In this document: in pieces, positions 11,746 through 24,984 of the stretch
How positions within the stretch are numbered: position 1 is the first letter of the stretch
How the letters are laid out: the number at the start of each line of letters is the position of its first letter
Assembly: GCF_006345805.1 (NCBI RefSeq)
Contig: NW_021836133.1
Location: forward strand, 124,001-188,000
DNA length: 64,000 nt
Direction of reading: 5' to 3'
Origin: Octopus sinensis
Taxonomy: Eukaryota
Translations under genes and position numbers: made by a program
The notes under the pieces: generated by a model
Seen by the model: the letters and a program-made list of their open reading frames with translations, nothing else
What the model was told of the DNA's origin: nothing
Databases searched by the model: none

Positions 11746-14700
11746 TCAATAATGTCCATGCCTTTTCCTGGCACGCCTCTGACTGGCAGGCATGGTCGTT
11801 CGATTCTTTTTCCACGCCTTTTTACGCGACTTTTTGTCAACCAACTTCCTCCTTTTAGGTTTCACATCCAAATGAGGCTCGTCATCCAAATCTCCACCAC
11901 ACTCCCCCATCACCACCAATTTCCCATCCTCCGTGACAGAAACAGCCGATTTCTCCCGGGTACTCACTCTAGCAACAGATTCTAACAAAATATACATTTA
12001 CACATTACCCATGGTCTTCCCGATGGCAGAAGGATCTGCCAAATCTACAATGTCTCCATCATTCTTTCTTAGTCTGACCACTCCCCTCACACTCTTAGAG
12101 GACACACAAGTCTCATCACACGAGTCACTCAATCCACCCTCACTGCAAATAAATACGAGAAAACAACATTTGGCCATGGAGTGTCACGTCATCATCATTC
12201 TTTGTCTTTTTATTAGAACGAATTGATTTGGCAATATTCGACACAACCTTGTGGAACTCAACTGGGACTAGTTCCTTCAGTGAATCAAGACTACTCATAA
12301 CAGACATGAAACAACCCAATCATTTTACACGCTTTGGTCAAAATTCGTATTCTTTTGATTCTGATCTTACTGGAACAGTCCAATCCAGCCACCCTCATCA
12401 CAGCAGGAATCTACTCAATCAGACAACACAATACCATTCTATGAATTGAACAAACTACCACAACACAGTTGAAGTAAATCAACGTGGAGTGAAGCAATCC
12501 GAGACTTTCGAGTACAACACCCGACTGAGGATGTCCCAACAGTCTGATTCCATTATCTATGCACAATTCCACCATCTTCTCAGTGAATGTCACTATATCG
12601 GGCTCTTACAAAGCAATACTCGACTCTCGACCAATGAGGCCTCTCAGTGCTACCAATACTCGACATATAAGTGACCCATCTCCCACCAGTCCAAGCATCA
12701 ATTTGGAGACCACTTTAGTAGTAGCCCCACAACAATCCATATCCACGCCAGTCCTCAGAATATATTGCCGGGCACCATTAATAAGCACGTGCGCCCCATC
12801 TCTTGCCTTCCTTCCTACTTCCCCTAACCCAATAATTCCTTCTGCGACCATTCCGTCCACAATTTGTTCAGAGTAACCTGCAAGCCGCGTAGAAACGAGA
12901 AGAAGACATCGAAATCGAGCCTTCAATACTTAAATACACTGCAAACAGCTTTTGATGAACTCAACGAAGAGTCCGCAGTGTCTCCAAACAGCAATTGGGA
13001 GAGTTCCCCCAGTCGGGAGGATATATCAGCCCCTCGATAGTGGAGAATGTCACCCAAAAGCACATACCCTCTCTTCTGGACACAATGGTCAATACAATGC
13101 CCACTCTACAATACACCCACTGCCCCACCTCCAATATTCTCACAATATATCCAAGCAGACCCCCAATCTGTTCATTTCCCAAATAAACAACTCCTGTTCT
13201 GCTCACACTCAACATTGCTCGTCTACTATAGTCAGCAAATCACTACAGCGATGGCATGTTACTCCTTATATTCATATCCACTGTTAGTTCACCCATTTTC
13301 CCAAGACCATCGAGTAAACCAGAGCAATGTCCTACAATGACAGACTGCCGTCTCACCTGCTCACCAAGTAGCCGATTACTCTCCCTAATAGTAGTGATGT
13401 ACTCCATTTCCATATTCTTCCCTTCATTCGAATGTTCCAATCCCATCACTTTGTTGATGCAAAAAGACACGAATGTTTTGGTATATTTTCCCACTACTTG
13501 ACGATCCTCCACTAAAAATGAGGATTCCCAGTGACTGACAATTCGGGGACGACAGGGCAGTATCAATGAGCTTCCGCAGTGCGCGGAGAGCCATCCCCAC
13601 AAGCGAGGAGTCGGACACACACAGGGAATACAACCTCTGCATTATAAGATCAACACTCTGGAATAACACAGAAACACACATTTGATATATCCGTCGCCCC
13701 GTCGCAGAACGATGGCAAAAGTGCCCATATTTGAGTCAGGAGTGTCGACAATTTCTTAGCACACACTGATCTCCCATTTTGTTCTAGCAGGTTACACCTG
13801 TCCTGTATTTGGTCAATCAGAGGGAGAAATCGGCAGACAAAGTACTCCAGCGGCACATTTTTAATATTTTTGGCCAATAATGGGAGGATCCAGCCATGTG
13901 TCAAGTCCCCAAAGTCATTATTGGGAAAGAATTCCACTGCCAGTACAGACAGCACAAATTGAGGGCCCATTGATTTGACCGCAGCTCCAATTGTCCTGTC
14001 GATCTGTTCGGAATACTCGAAGCCATTCGTGGAACGAAGGTTGGCCAGACACGACAGCGACTAAAATATTGCAAAATTTCAACCGAAGTGAAAACATGAG
14101 GAAAAGAAGATCCAAATTTCTAGATTTTATTGGATGACAAATACAGAATAGATTTTTTCGAATACTTTAAATACGCATTCCAAGTTGTCTTTGGATTGTA
14201 AATTAATCGAGTTTTGCAGGTCCCCCACAAAATCTGCCACAACTGACCGCATTTTCTCATCCCATTTTTGTGAGTGACTCAAATTCTCCCCCGCACGATT
14301 CAGAAATTCCTGAAAATAACATAAATCACAACATTGATGGCTAAATCGACGATCTGGACGACCGCCCTATTGCCAGTCCTCAACCCGTCGACACACAAAT
14401 CCAGCAGAATAGAACACGAATCGACATAGGCACAATAATCCAAACTACCCAATATAAATCATTTCTAACCCGCAAAGAGCACGACAAGCAAAGTCAAACA
14501 TTTGAATAAAAGGCACAAAATGTACAACGTCGCCTACCGCAGGACGAAATTGTGAAGACAACTAAAACTGAGTAACAGCAATACTCGAATAAAGTCTGTC
14601 AAAATTGGGGAGGAGAGAGAAGGCGGATTAGCCTTAAACAGAGAATATAACACCTTAGTCACCGCAAGGCTTATTTTCTACAATAAAAGTGCACAACTAA

Positions 14701-15840
14701 CAGAGACGTGGAGAAGAAACAATTTCAGTAGCACGTCTATGAGGGAGGACACATTTTGACAAGAATGAATATTTCCAACAAATTCAGTCGAAAAGGCGAG
14801 AAGATAGAGAATTTGAAGATGATTAGCCTCGACTAGAATACACAAACACAACACCACCAATATGCCCATTTAGACTATTTATGAGATATGTAGCGAGATG
14901 GGACACTATAGGGTGACCTTTCAACTCATTTCTCCATTTGGCCACATTGTTAGAGACAAGGATACCCACAAATTTCCTCACCTTTTTCTAATCTGAGAAT
15001 AAAACGAACAAATCACCTTTGCGAAGGCACTGGAAGAGAAGGATATGAAATCCAGAAAGTAGGAGGGCGGAAATGTCCAATCGTCAGCCGAGAGTGCCTT
15101 ATAACAGAATCCAAGACACTCTAAACACTAAAAATAATAAAACGAAATGACCGGATTGACAATCAGGACATTATTTGGGTATTCTTTGAGGATATTCGAA
15201 TATAAATCGGAGAAAAACTCAAATTTTTGACACAAAAGTGAAGTAGGGACACTAATTTGAAGTATTATTACCCACTTTTTAATCACAAGTTTTAAAAGAT
15301 AGAGCGTGGCGCCCAACGAGGCCTCATCCTTAAAATTTTGGAGAATATTTGTCTGAAAATGAGAATTGTGGGCAACCAGGACACCGAAATATTCCAATTC
15401 CGTTTCCCCGAGGCCCCTGTTTTCGCGGAGTTTCCCCGCAGTGCCTAAAACAGCCAGAATCTGAAATATAAACAAATCGACTACTTGTTTGTGCACAGAT
15501 GGAACGAATTGGCCCAATTTGAATATTTTGAGAATGTGGGATTTGTACAGCCCGTCCAATTTGTAGCCCATGTGGCAAAAGTGGCAGCAGTTGTGGCAGT
15601 CTTAATAGAACTCATAGACTTCACAGAATCGGTGTCATTGTTGCATAAAGCTTCCTGAGTAAGCAGTAGGGAATTGCCTTAATGTTTGAGTTATTGTGGA
15701 TTACCTTTTGTTGTAGGTTGATTAAATAAAAGGACACGCTCTCTGTTCTTTGTTGTCCTGGGATTGCAGTCACTGGATTGCCCTTTAGCCCATTTGTGTG
15801 CTTTTCCTTTTCTGATTCGTTTTCGGATTTTAGTTACCAT
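11746..15840 (-). CDS. RRP12: RRP12-like ribosome biogenesis HEAT-repeat protein (many tiny introns)
   Basis: N-terminus MVTKIRKRIRKGKAHKWAKGQSSDCNP, then GCTNPTFSK and GETELEYFGVL. NUC173 region WILPLL...PLEYF...QIWALLPSFC, and C-terminal TEDGKLVV. At least two single-base frameshifts. Confidence 0.93.
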
Positions 15841-16149
15841 ACGTTCACGTATAAAGAAACTGACAAAGTCACGTGTTTATTATTTAATTATTTTTGAATT
15901 AAAATATTAGAAATAATCATTATTTGTTCGATTCATTTCATAGTTTGATTTTTATTAAGTAAAATATAGCACATATATGCACAATGTAAATGAAAAAAGT
16001 GAATTTTATATACTCTCAATATATAACTGACTACCGAGAAGATGCAGCTTTAAAGTCACAAAATTTAGTATGGAAATGAAAATAACGAGAGGAATAAAAA
16101 GTAAGTTTAGTTTTTTTATGTTTTAGCATTGAACTTTTAAATTACAAAA

Positions 16150-16590
16150 AGATTAGTTTAGATTAAAAACAACTAATGATCGAAAAGACTTTACCCCTCA
16201 GGATCGCAATTGAGATTTTTTGGAACAGCCATTGCTTCTCCTGAGGCCCTCTTCGTCTTCTGGCGATCAGTTGTTCGATTCTACCAACAAGATCCAGAGA
16301 TTTGTTAATCATTGCTCCGGATGTTTTAAAGGAGATTGGGAAAAGGATCACGTTGTACGTCAAGTTTGAGTATTTCGAGATTTTAAGTTCTTCAGCTTTT
16401 TTAGCGGCTAACCCTGAACTGATTGCCGAATCGACTAAATTCGTTTTCGAAAAGTTGTCCGTGCACGTAGGATTGCACGCAAGGCATTTCCGTTAATCCG
16501 CGGAAAAACGATGATTCCATCAGGGGTTTCTCGTCTCCACGGTCGAACCCCACGGGTTCCAGTTCGGTAGGGAATCCAGCGGCTCTTGTT
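16150..16590 (-). mobile_element. CRE-like RLE retroelement remnant
   Basis: LEPVGFDRGDEKP and QWLFQKISIAILRG. Confidence 0.7.
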
Positions 16591-16665
16591 ATAAAAAAAA
16601 TTTTAATGATATTCAAATAAAAAAAGATGAATGATTATGAAAGTATTAAATTGGTTAGAATTATT

Positions 16666-19088
16666 ATTGTCTGGAATTAGTCGATTTCAAATGAGGCTCT
16701 TTCTATTGAGTAGAATTATTTATAAATACTTCTAAAACTTCCGAATGATCTGCTCAAAGTGGGTATTTTAAAGTTCCTCCTAAAAATAGCTTGAACCCAA
16801 CAAATACTTTTTGTATATAAAAACCCCGAGAAAAACACCAAACACCGCCAAAAGTCCAAAGAAAACACCAACGCCCAGTCCAATTCTCCTTGATTTGCTA
16901 GCTAAAAAGTAAAAATTCCAAAAAGACCGGATATCGAGGGGGACGAGTTTGAACCATCTATTGATTTAATAATAAAAATAAACAATTTCCAACACACACG
17001 GCAATGTATTTCTGATTACACCGGGTCGTAACAAAAGTTCCGTTTCCTGCAACTGCAATGCATATAATTTCATCGTCGTCGAAATAAGGTTCACCAGGAG
17101 ACCAAGGAGGGTTGTCCTGAAAATTATGGACTCCATATTACCGGCTCTCCGTCAAGCCAGGAAATCTGCGTATTATTCCGCAAAATTCTATAATCAGAGT
17201 AAAACATTGTATTTTGTATGTCTGAAATTTGAATATTCGAAAAAACATTTGTTGATCTCGCTAATTATGTACACGGAGGTTGTCCTGAACAACGAAAGGC
17301 CATTAGAAGAGCACAGTCTCACTGAGTCATGATAGGTTTGTGGCCTCCCAAAAAAGGTGTATGTTTTTTCTCCAATCTTTGTAGAGTATGATTGGTTATT
17401 TGAATCTACAGGTCACAAATAGTGGGGAAACGGTAAAAATTGTTGGCACATTGGATGTTTGAATAGTTGACTAAAAAGTAAAACAAGTTTCCAATACATA
17501 TGCCGTCGTTTTTGTAGCAAATAAACCTCGAGTCGCGACACTGGGAATTAATCCATTTCCCATTTGTAAATTGTGCATAAACACAACCGTTCTCACCAGC
17601 ATTCAATGGATAGTCGACTTCCCAGTTGGTATAGTTCTATTTTAATAAGTTAAAGTCTAAACAGAGTTTATTTCGTCTCCTCTCATCATGACACCATAAA
17701 CGTACACGGAACCATAGTTAATTCCAATCTCAAAATTGACGTTTTCTAAAATACAAAACTTAAATGTAACCCATTATGGCACAATTATCCAATTCACTTA
17801 TTGGGGCGTATAGTTTTGCGTCTCTCTGAGCACAAATCCTTCTTGCAGTATTTATAGAGGAAAGGATGTCAAAGACATAGAATGAGTAGTTACGGAAGTA
17901 AAATATCTGGGAGAAATAATCTAATTCGGTTAAATATAATAGATTTACGATGTTTATTCTCTTCCTTGCAATTCTTGTTGACTGCCCCGTCAATTACGTA
18001 ATCTAAATTTAGTTTCTGGTTTGAAATACCCAACTCACAAATGACGTGTCCGACTTCATCACATCCCACAGTTATAAACTCTCCGTTCACGTATGACCTC
18101 GAGACACATTCTTTGCTGATTTGAGTGAGAGAGCTCCATGGAAGGTATGTCTAAGTAGTCCAAATTATTTATACAGCTTCGTAATTCTTTTCCGTAATAT
18201 ATTTATTATTGCCGACATTCATAATGCCGACGAAGGATGACTCAGAAACGGCCTCTGAAAATACACCATTTTTTAATACCGTGAATTGCACAATTTTCTG
18301 AGCCATCGTTGGGAATAAAAATATATCCGTTATGATCTGAGTGGCAGATTTCTCTGGCGGTTACAAAATCCCTTTTGGCCTTATAAATATAATATGAATG
18401 TCCTCTGAAAGAGAACAAGCTATCATATGGAACTAGGCCATAAACTGACCCCTAGCTCACTATTTATTTTTTTTCCGGACGTTATGTTGATTCCGTTCGC
18501 GTTGATGTAGTCTAAAATGTTTTATCTCACTTTACTGTCTTCGCATATATAATATGCAGTATCCCACTCGTAAGTAACTTTCCATTTACCAGATTTAGCC
18601 ATTATTTGTACTCCTTCCCAGTCGTATGGGACCGGAAGGGATGGGTCGAAATTTGAATAAACCTTTTTATTAACGAAAAATATCCATTTACTATTGCGGA
18701 ATCTGTTTCTTCTGCATAATAAGAATTTGTTCCTTCGTCAGTCCGATATATTCCAATGGTTCTATCGACATATATTAGGCCTATGATATGACTTGATATC
18801 TAACTTGCTAAAATGTCATTTTCCTCTTGGTTTTCAATGTTTGCTGAATAGTGTCCACCATAGTCGTTGCAATCGAAATATGGATAGTATACATAATCAG
18901 GGTTTCTAGACATGTAATACGAATGATTGTTGTAGTTATAAATTTCTGAATAGTAGGCTATTAAAGATAATGATACGATTACTTACAGTCTTGCCATGTG
19001 TTTGTGATCACTATAACTTATTACCACTAGTTCTTACCAATTAAAGAAGTTGGAGAATCATTTTAATAGGTATTTACAGAAATTTCAT
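16666..19088 (-). CDS. Multi-C-type-lectin-domain type-I membrane receptor (mannose-receptor-like)
   Basis: Signal-like start MKFLSLIVIVITN and repeated CTLD ends (GCDEVGHVICE, GCVYAQFTNGKWINSQCRDSRFICY, WSPGEP...TRCNQKYIAVC). TM segment GLGVGVFFGLLAVFGVFLGVFIYKK followed by a short tail. Many 21-30-nt introns. Confidence 0.8.
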
Positions 19089-19191
19089 TATATAGCAATA
19101 TTAATGCATTTCTTTTTGTTAATTTAACCACAATAATTTTCATATAACAAATAGATTTATAGCATTTGATGAGCGCGTGTCCAATTATAAG

Positions 19192-19304
19192 AACAATATA
19201 TTTACACATTAATATTTGGTCATCTTAAATGTTGATAAAAACAACAATATAATTTACATATTAATATTTGGTCATCTTAAATGTTGATAAAACAACAATA
19301 TAAT
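19192..19304. repeat. Tandem duplication of a ~53-bp unit
   Basis: attaatatttggtcatcttaaatgttgataaaa occurs twice in tandem. Confidence 0.85.
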
Positions 19305-20050
19305 TATCAACATCATAAAAAATCAATTTCAATGAAATGAAATTATAATTTTCTGCTCTAATAAAAATTATTTTCATGAGAGATTTTATTCAATACCGTC
19401 AAACCCCCTAGAAACCGACTCCTCGGTATAGCGGAATTCTCTTAAAATTGAATAAAACTTCTGGTCCCGATTCACCTCATAAACCATAACTCCTATTTCA
19501 TCTTTGATATAGTAGATCTCCTCTATTCCGAATACCGCTTGTATTTTGTGGTCCCAATTTGAATTTTCTTTTATCATTCAAAAAAGTTTTGGAAGTAGTT
19601 ACTTTATAAATTATTTTACTCAATAGAAAAACTATTTTATTTGATTCTATACTATTTTATTTGATTACAGGTCTCCATCCTTTAGTGTTTCTTCAGTGGC
19701 TTTAATTCAGAAAATGAGGAAAAAAACTTATAAAAATGAACATTGCAGGAAAAAACTGGACCTCTATGTACCCTAATCATGGACAGCGGTTGTTTGAACA
19801 TATTTACAAATGCAACAAAACACGCCCGCGAACATCGCCATGAAAGAATTTTTTGAAAATGCAAAGGTTCCGACGTTGTTTACGTGTTATACACTTAAAG
19901 TTCAAAATTTTAGAAATATAAAGAACGATCGTTTTAAAAATGAACAGCTTTTGAATTTATTTCTAGAAAATTCTATATTCTGCAGGAAACTTAAATATAT
20001 ATAAAAATTGAACAACATATTTTTTTCATAATTTTTGACTTAATTAAAAT

Positions 20051-21361
20051 TTACGGAGGAACCGTTTTAAATCTCTTAAGTTGAGATTCTCTCTCAATGT
20101 TTTGATTTTCAGAAGAATACTTTTCCCAAATAGCATTAAGTATCTCAATCGACAGTATTTTATTGGCGTTATCCGAGATTTTTATGAAAAGAAAAACACC
20201 ATCTTTTCTGAGATACTCAAAAACGAATCTTCTCGTCAAAATTGCCCGAGCTCGCTTATTTTGTTCGGAATACTATTCCTCATCCGCCTCCGTGGAGCCG
20301 ACAAAGATGCGATTTTTGATGTGGTTATAACACGACCGAGGAAATAGAAGAGAAATGCAAGTAATTACCAAACTGAACGTAGACAAGACGATTGATGTCA
20401 ACAGGATCCACCACACAGTCATAAAATTTTTTCGTTGAACAGATTTATTGTCAATACACACTGAACAGTGTATTCGTTGATATTGTGGCCAACCATTCTG
20501 ATCTGAAAATCGCAAAGAGTAACTCGAGGAAAGTAATACGACTCCGCCATCAGTCCAGTGGAGATTATTTCGTTTGCTGCCTTGATTCCATACCAGTGGA
20601 ACTCATATCCCATAAAGGTGTCGAGCAAATATAACTTCCCCACAGCGTTCAGAATGTACAATGCTTTGACAAAAACGTAGCTCCAGACAAGATAGTCCCC
20701 ATTCAAGTTAAATAGAAGTCTTAGTGTTTTTTGAAAATAATTTTCCCGATGTCGATATTTCTTTTTGTTGTTTTTTGCCCGCATTCCGAATAGTTTAATT
20801 AGGTGGTCTCTCAAAAACTCTCCATTTTAATTCTTTCTGAGGCTTTCCCAGCAGTCGAAAAGAGAGATGCAGACTGTAGGACACTGGAAATGTTAAGAAT
20901 AGATTTCGAATAGCAAGTATTCCATATACTATTGGGGATGTAGAATAGCAGTGCCTCGTGGTCAAAATAACTATCAATACTTGGAAAAATAGCATAAAGG
21001 TTGTCCACTGGTAGTTAGTCACCACATGCTTTCTCTCTCCCTCGTATGGAATTTCCTTTGAGATTGGAACGTAGTATGTATTAGAGATCCAGCATGCCTG
21101 TTCAATATACATGTAATACTTTATTGGCAAAGTCGACATAGTTTTGAGTGAATTGTGCAGGACACCAACATTCTATTGGATCCCCGACGTATTGTTTTGT
21201 GCTCAGAATAATTGCAAAGGCAATGAGGATTGATCGAATTTATTTGTGATTTAGTTTATCCACAATGTCGTCACATGAGACTGGAGTCCCTTCTTTAGAA
21301 CTGAAAAATAAATAATTCAAATCAACTCTTTCATAAACACTGAAAATAATCCAGAAGACAT
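20051..21361 (-). pseudogene. inx: Innexin gap-junction gene with 2 in-frame stops and 2 frameshifts
   Basis: Motifs [60 protein letters not shown] and YLRKDGVF. Stops at 21240-21242 (TAA) and 20273-20275 (TAG). Introns are retained. Confidence 0.88.
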
Positions 21362-21989
21362 TTTTTATGTTTACAAGCGTTTCTGCCACAAATCTACAGT
21401 TTAATACAAATAGTTGCATCTGCTGCTTTAATAAGCGTTTTTTTGAACCGAATATGGGAGGAAATCAATATTACTTATTTCAGCACAATTTTAATTTTAA
21501 AAGTATCTGAAATGTTAGTTTTACAATAATGTGTGAATGTTTATTAAGTAGCGCAATGTATTATTAATGTCATCAATATACATGTTTAGTTACTTAACGC
21601 AGGTGTTCATCTACTGAATTGATTTTGCTTATAAGCATTTCCTATCAAAATATTTCGATACGACATATTGTCGATGCCAACCATCGATCAGGAATCCTTA
21701 AATATCAAAGGTATCAGATAAAAATTACATCACAAATTAATCCTTTAAATCTATTTACATAAAAAAAAAAAGTGCGACTAATAATAGACATAATCAATTC
21801 AGAACAAAAACATCAATAATATAAAATATATTTCTACAATTATTTAATTTTTCCACTTTCATTTTTGTCGAGAGTTTGAACTCAAGAATGATAAAAAGCT
21901 TAAAACACACTCGGTAGAATCTGTATCGTCGAATGAGAGGGTTGAAATCAGATTGAACATATTTATAAAGACCGGCATCGTCGTGGAAC

Positions 21990-22456
21990 CTAACAAGCCC
22001 GATTTTTTATTTTCGACAAGATAAGGAATCACATTTTGGAGGTGGAAATTGGGATAACATCTTCCCAAAACTTACAGCAAGTGGAGATTGGAAAAATAAG
22101 AAAATATTATCTCCTATTCAAAGAGCTAGAATTAATATATCATGCGAAAATGAAGATAGTACCCATTGTATTAACATGGGATAGGCTGGTTACTCAAAAA
22201 TCTCTACAATATGCACGTTCACTTAACATCAGTGAGAGAACGCACGGATACCTTCAATCACACTATAAAGAAATCTCTTGAGAGTATGATTGTTTCTTTT
22301 AGAAAGAAAGTTGAAACGTGGGAAAGAACGCTCGAACTGGACAAACGAATAAGAGAGATTTATCACCAAATTAGTATGTCTTTAACATCGCCCCTGCCTG
22401 TCATTATCTCGAAGGGAAAGAGGCGAGCTTGCCTATCTGAATCACTTTGCGAATAG
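21990..22456 (+). mobile_element. R4/NeSL-like RLE retroelement 3' remnant
   Basis: NKPD...EVEIGITSSQNLQQVEIGKIRKY...IVPIVLTWD restriction-like endonuclease region. Confidence 0.75.
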
Positions 22457-22529
22457 AGGATAGAGTGACCAAGAAGTTTAATTAATTTATATCTCAATTA
22501 GTTGATTTTTATTTATATAATTTATTAAC

Positions 22530-23035
22530 AAATGAGAAAAAAGCTACAATACTTAACTGATTTGCTCGAAACTGAAAATGTTTCTATATACAATTTATAC
22601 AAAAAATTGACATTAAAAGATGCAATTTTGTTTTTATTATGTTTTGGGATGACGATGTACTAAAACGATTCAAATTGTTTCAAGATTTTAAATAAATCTA
22701 ATCACGGAAATTTAATAATTGAACGCTATGATACTGAAATTCAACAAACAGATATTTTCGATCCTTTAATGACTAAAGACTTTTTTGATATCGAATACAG
22801 AAGAGACCAAGATATACACGAAATTTGTTTACAAGAGGATTAAGATCCTGAAAGTAGCGACAAAGATACAAAAATCATATATCCGGATGATACAAAAAAC
22901 ATTGCAAAAAGATTAACTGAAATAGAAATGGAACTTTACTGTAATGCTTAAAATGAAAATGATGTTTCGCTCATTACTTCAATAAGAAAATATAAAACAA
23001 ACCTAAAACGGGGAAATAAAAAGGAATAATATTAA
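22530..23035 (+). mobile_element. Degenerate pogo-like transposase C-terminal remnant
   Basis: IDIKDAI...W...NCF-like motif followed by an acidic tail, with many stops. Confidence 0.4.
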
Positions 23036-23089
23036 AAACGAACTGTCTGTAAACAGATGTATTTACAAATCACAAGACTAATAAATACA

Positions 23090-23745
23090 TGATTTTGCGA
23101 ATAAAAACAATTGTACACTCTATTGAACAAGCAATGCAGATGAAGATCATATACTTTATTCTATTTGAACGAAAAATTGTCGATCATTTGTACAGGAACT
23201 TTGCAGAACTTGATATAATGAATATAAACTTCAGTGAGCATCCACAACAACTGAGTCAGGATGCGAGGTGCAGAACAGCGCCGATAGTCGTACACTCCCA
23301 CCGAATTTTTTCTTTCTGGTAATAAACCCCTGAAAGAAAGACGAAAAATAGCAACAAAATTGAAATTTCAAGTTTGAGCAAATTATTTGGAAAGGGGACT
23401 TGAGGTAGAGCCTGGAAACAAATGTTGATCACATTACTTTAGCTCATATGAAAAAATGATAAATGAAATCAAAATAAATCAAAAAAGTTGCAAATAAAAC
23501 AGCGAAACTTGCCAAATGACAAAAAGTACAGTTGAGCCTGTCCTCCTTTCGAAATCCATTTTTGTCGGTGGTCGAGTAGTATACACAAGTTGGATTTATC
23601 TTAAATAAATAATCAATTACATAATTTTTTTTATTTATGACACGATTGAAAATTATTTTCGCACATCCCACATGTTGATTGGATACCACGGAGAATTGCA
23701 TCGAATGGAAAGAGACCCCGTCGACTGTTTGGCAGAGATTGACCT
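23090..23745 (-). pseudogene. Adhesion GPCR (GPS + 7tm_2) pseudogene fragment
   Basis: GPS-like CVYY...LNCTFCHLASFAVL and TM3-like CTTIGAVLH...QLLWMLTEVYIHYIKF, with frameshifts and tiny introns. Confidence 0.65.
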
Positions 23746-23899
23746 TGTTTAAAAAAAAGCCTCACAAAAATAGCCAAAAGTAAAACATCTCATAATTACT
23801 ATTTTAAAAATATATCCACAATATATACAATCCCAAATGTCTTATAAACAACAAAAAAACAACAACAATTTATTAAAAATAATGCACACCAAAATATCA

Positions 23900-24984
23900 C
23901 ACCACAAAATAAAACTACAAGGAACAAACTAAATATAATAAAAAAATAAAACCCGAACAATCCTTAACACTATAAGGATATTTAAGCGTCAAATTCCTGC
24001 AGTAATAACACATAATATTGACAGTACAACAATGCTACAATTCACTCCACAAGCATACCAAACACTCCCTAACATGCCCACAATACTTCTCCAATATTAC
24101 TCTATACTTACTTAACAGTTTCTCCTCGTATATATGTCGCATATATTCTATCGAAAATTTATTCCACGTCTCCCGGGGGGTCAAAGACACGTGAAATGGC
24201 ACTTTTTCGGATTTTGGACATCCCCTGATGACATCACCGATGTTTGAGAGGTTAAAGCGGGTATATTCCGCGGTCTCCAGTTTTAATATTTTGAGTGTGG
24301 GGGGTGGGATATGGTCGAGGGTGATTAGGTCGGAATGGAGGGCTTGGGATAGGTATTTGTAGGCCACAAGGCAAACTGGGAATTTTTTGAAATTGGATTG
24401 GGAAATGACTTTGGCGGGAATTATGCTTTCATGTCCTTGATGGCACATGGAACAAAAATACTTGTAGCTGTAGTTACAGAAGGTTAACAAAGATGCTAAA
24501 AATATTTTTAATTTATTAATTATTTATTTAAATATTTAAAAATAATTTAATAATTATTCAATAAATATTTAAATACAATTGTATGCTGATGTGGAGCATC
24601 CATAACACGTAGTTTCGTTTCTATTTGGAGACAATTCCATATGTCGATTAGTGACTATAAAAAGTCGACAAAGCTCAGAATTTGACAATCTTTCCGATTT
24701 TTTACTTATTTTACATGACTAGAATTTATTTTTAAAAAAATGCCAGGATTTTGTCGGATTCGGAATCGTCCAAAAAGTGCCCAATGTTGAGAGAAAAATA
24801 TTTTTTTGCTGCATTTTTTATTTTATTTCTTTCGAATTTGACCAGTGATGCATCAGCTTTAAGAAAGCCCATGTTTTCCTATAGAAATGACAAATTTGGT
24901 TACATGTTGGAGAGATTGTTCGGTTTCTGTTTTAATGTATGTTAAAAGATTTTCTAGTTGAGAATTTCGTGTGTAGTTTTGCAT
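23900..24984 (-). CDS. Rubicon-homology (zf-RING_9/DUF4206; DEF8/PLEKHM1/RUBCN-like) protein, 3' end approximate
   Basis: TCYGCSTS...FCNYSYKYFCSMCHQGHESIIPAKVI...FKKFPVC...HVRECL-HC...CYYC zinc-binding pattern. Confidence 0.8.

Noticed and set aside
11752-13501. Numerous plus-strand ORFs of 60-110 aa
   Set aside because: They are antisense shadows of RRP12 exons.
21240-21242. TAA at a conserved Tyr position in innexin suggesting a reassigned stop codon
   Set aside because: TAA terminates the cathepsin and Tc1 ORFs normally, and the same gene has a TAG and frameshifts, so a nonsense mutation or error is simpler.
23300-23420. TMEM216/TMEM17-like segment
   Set aside because: Flanking GPS and TM3 motifs fit an adhesion GPCR better.
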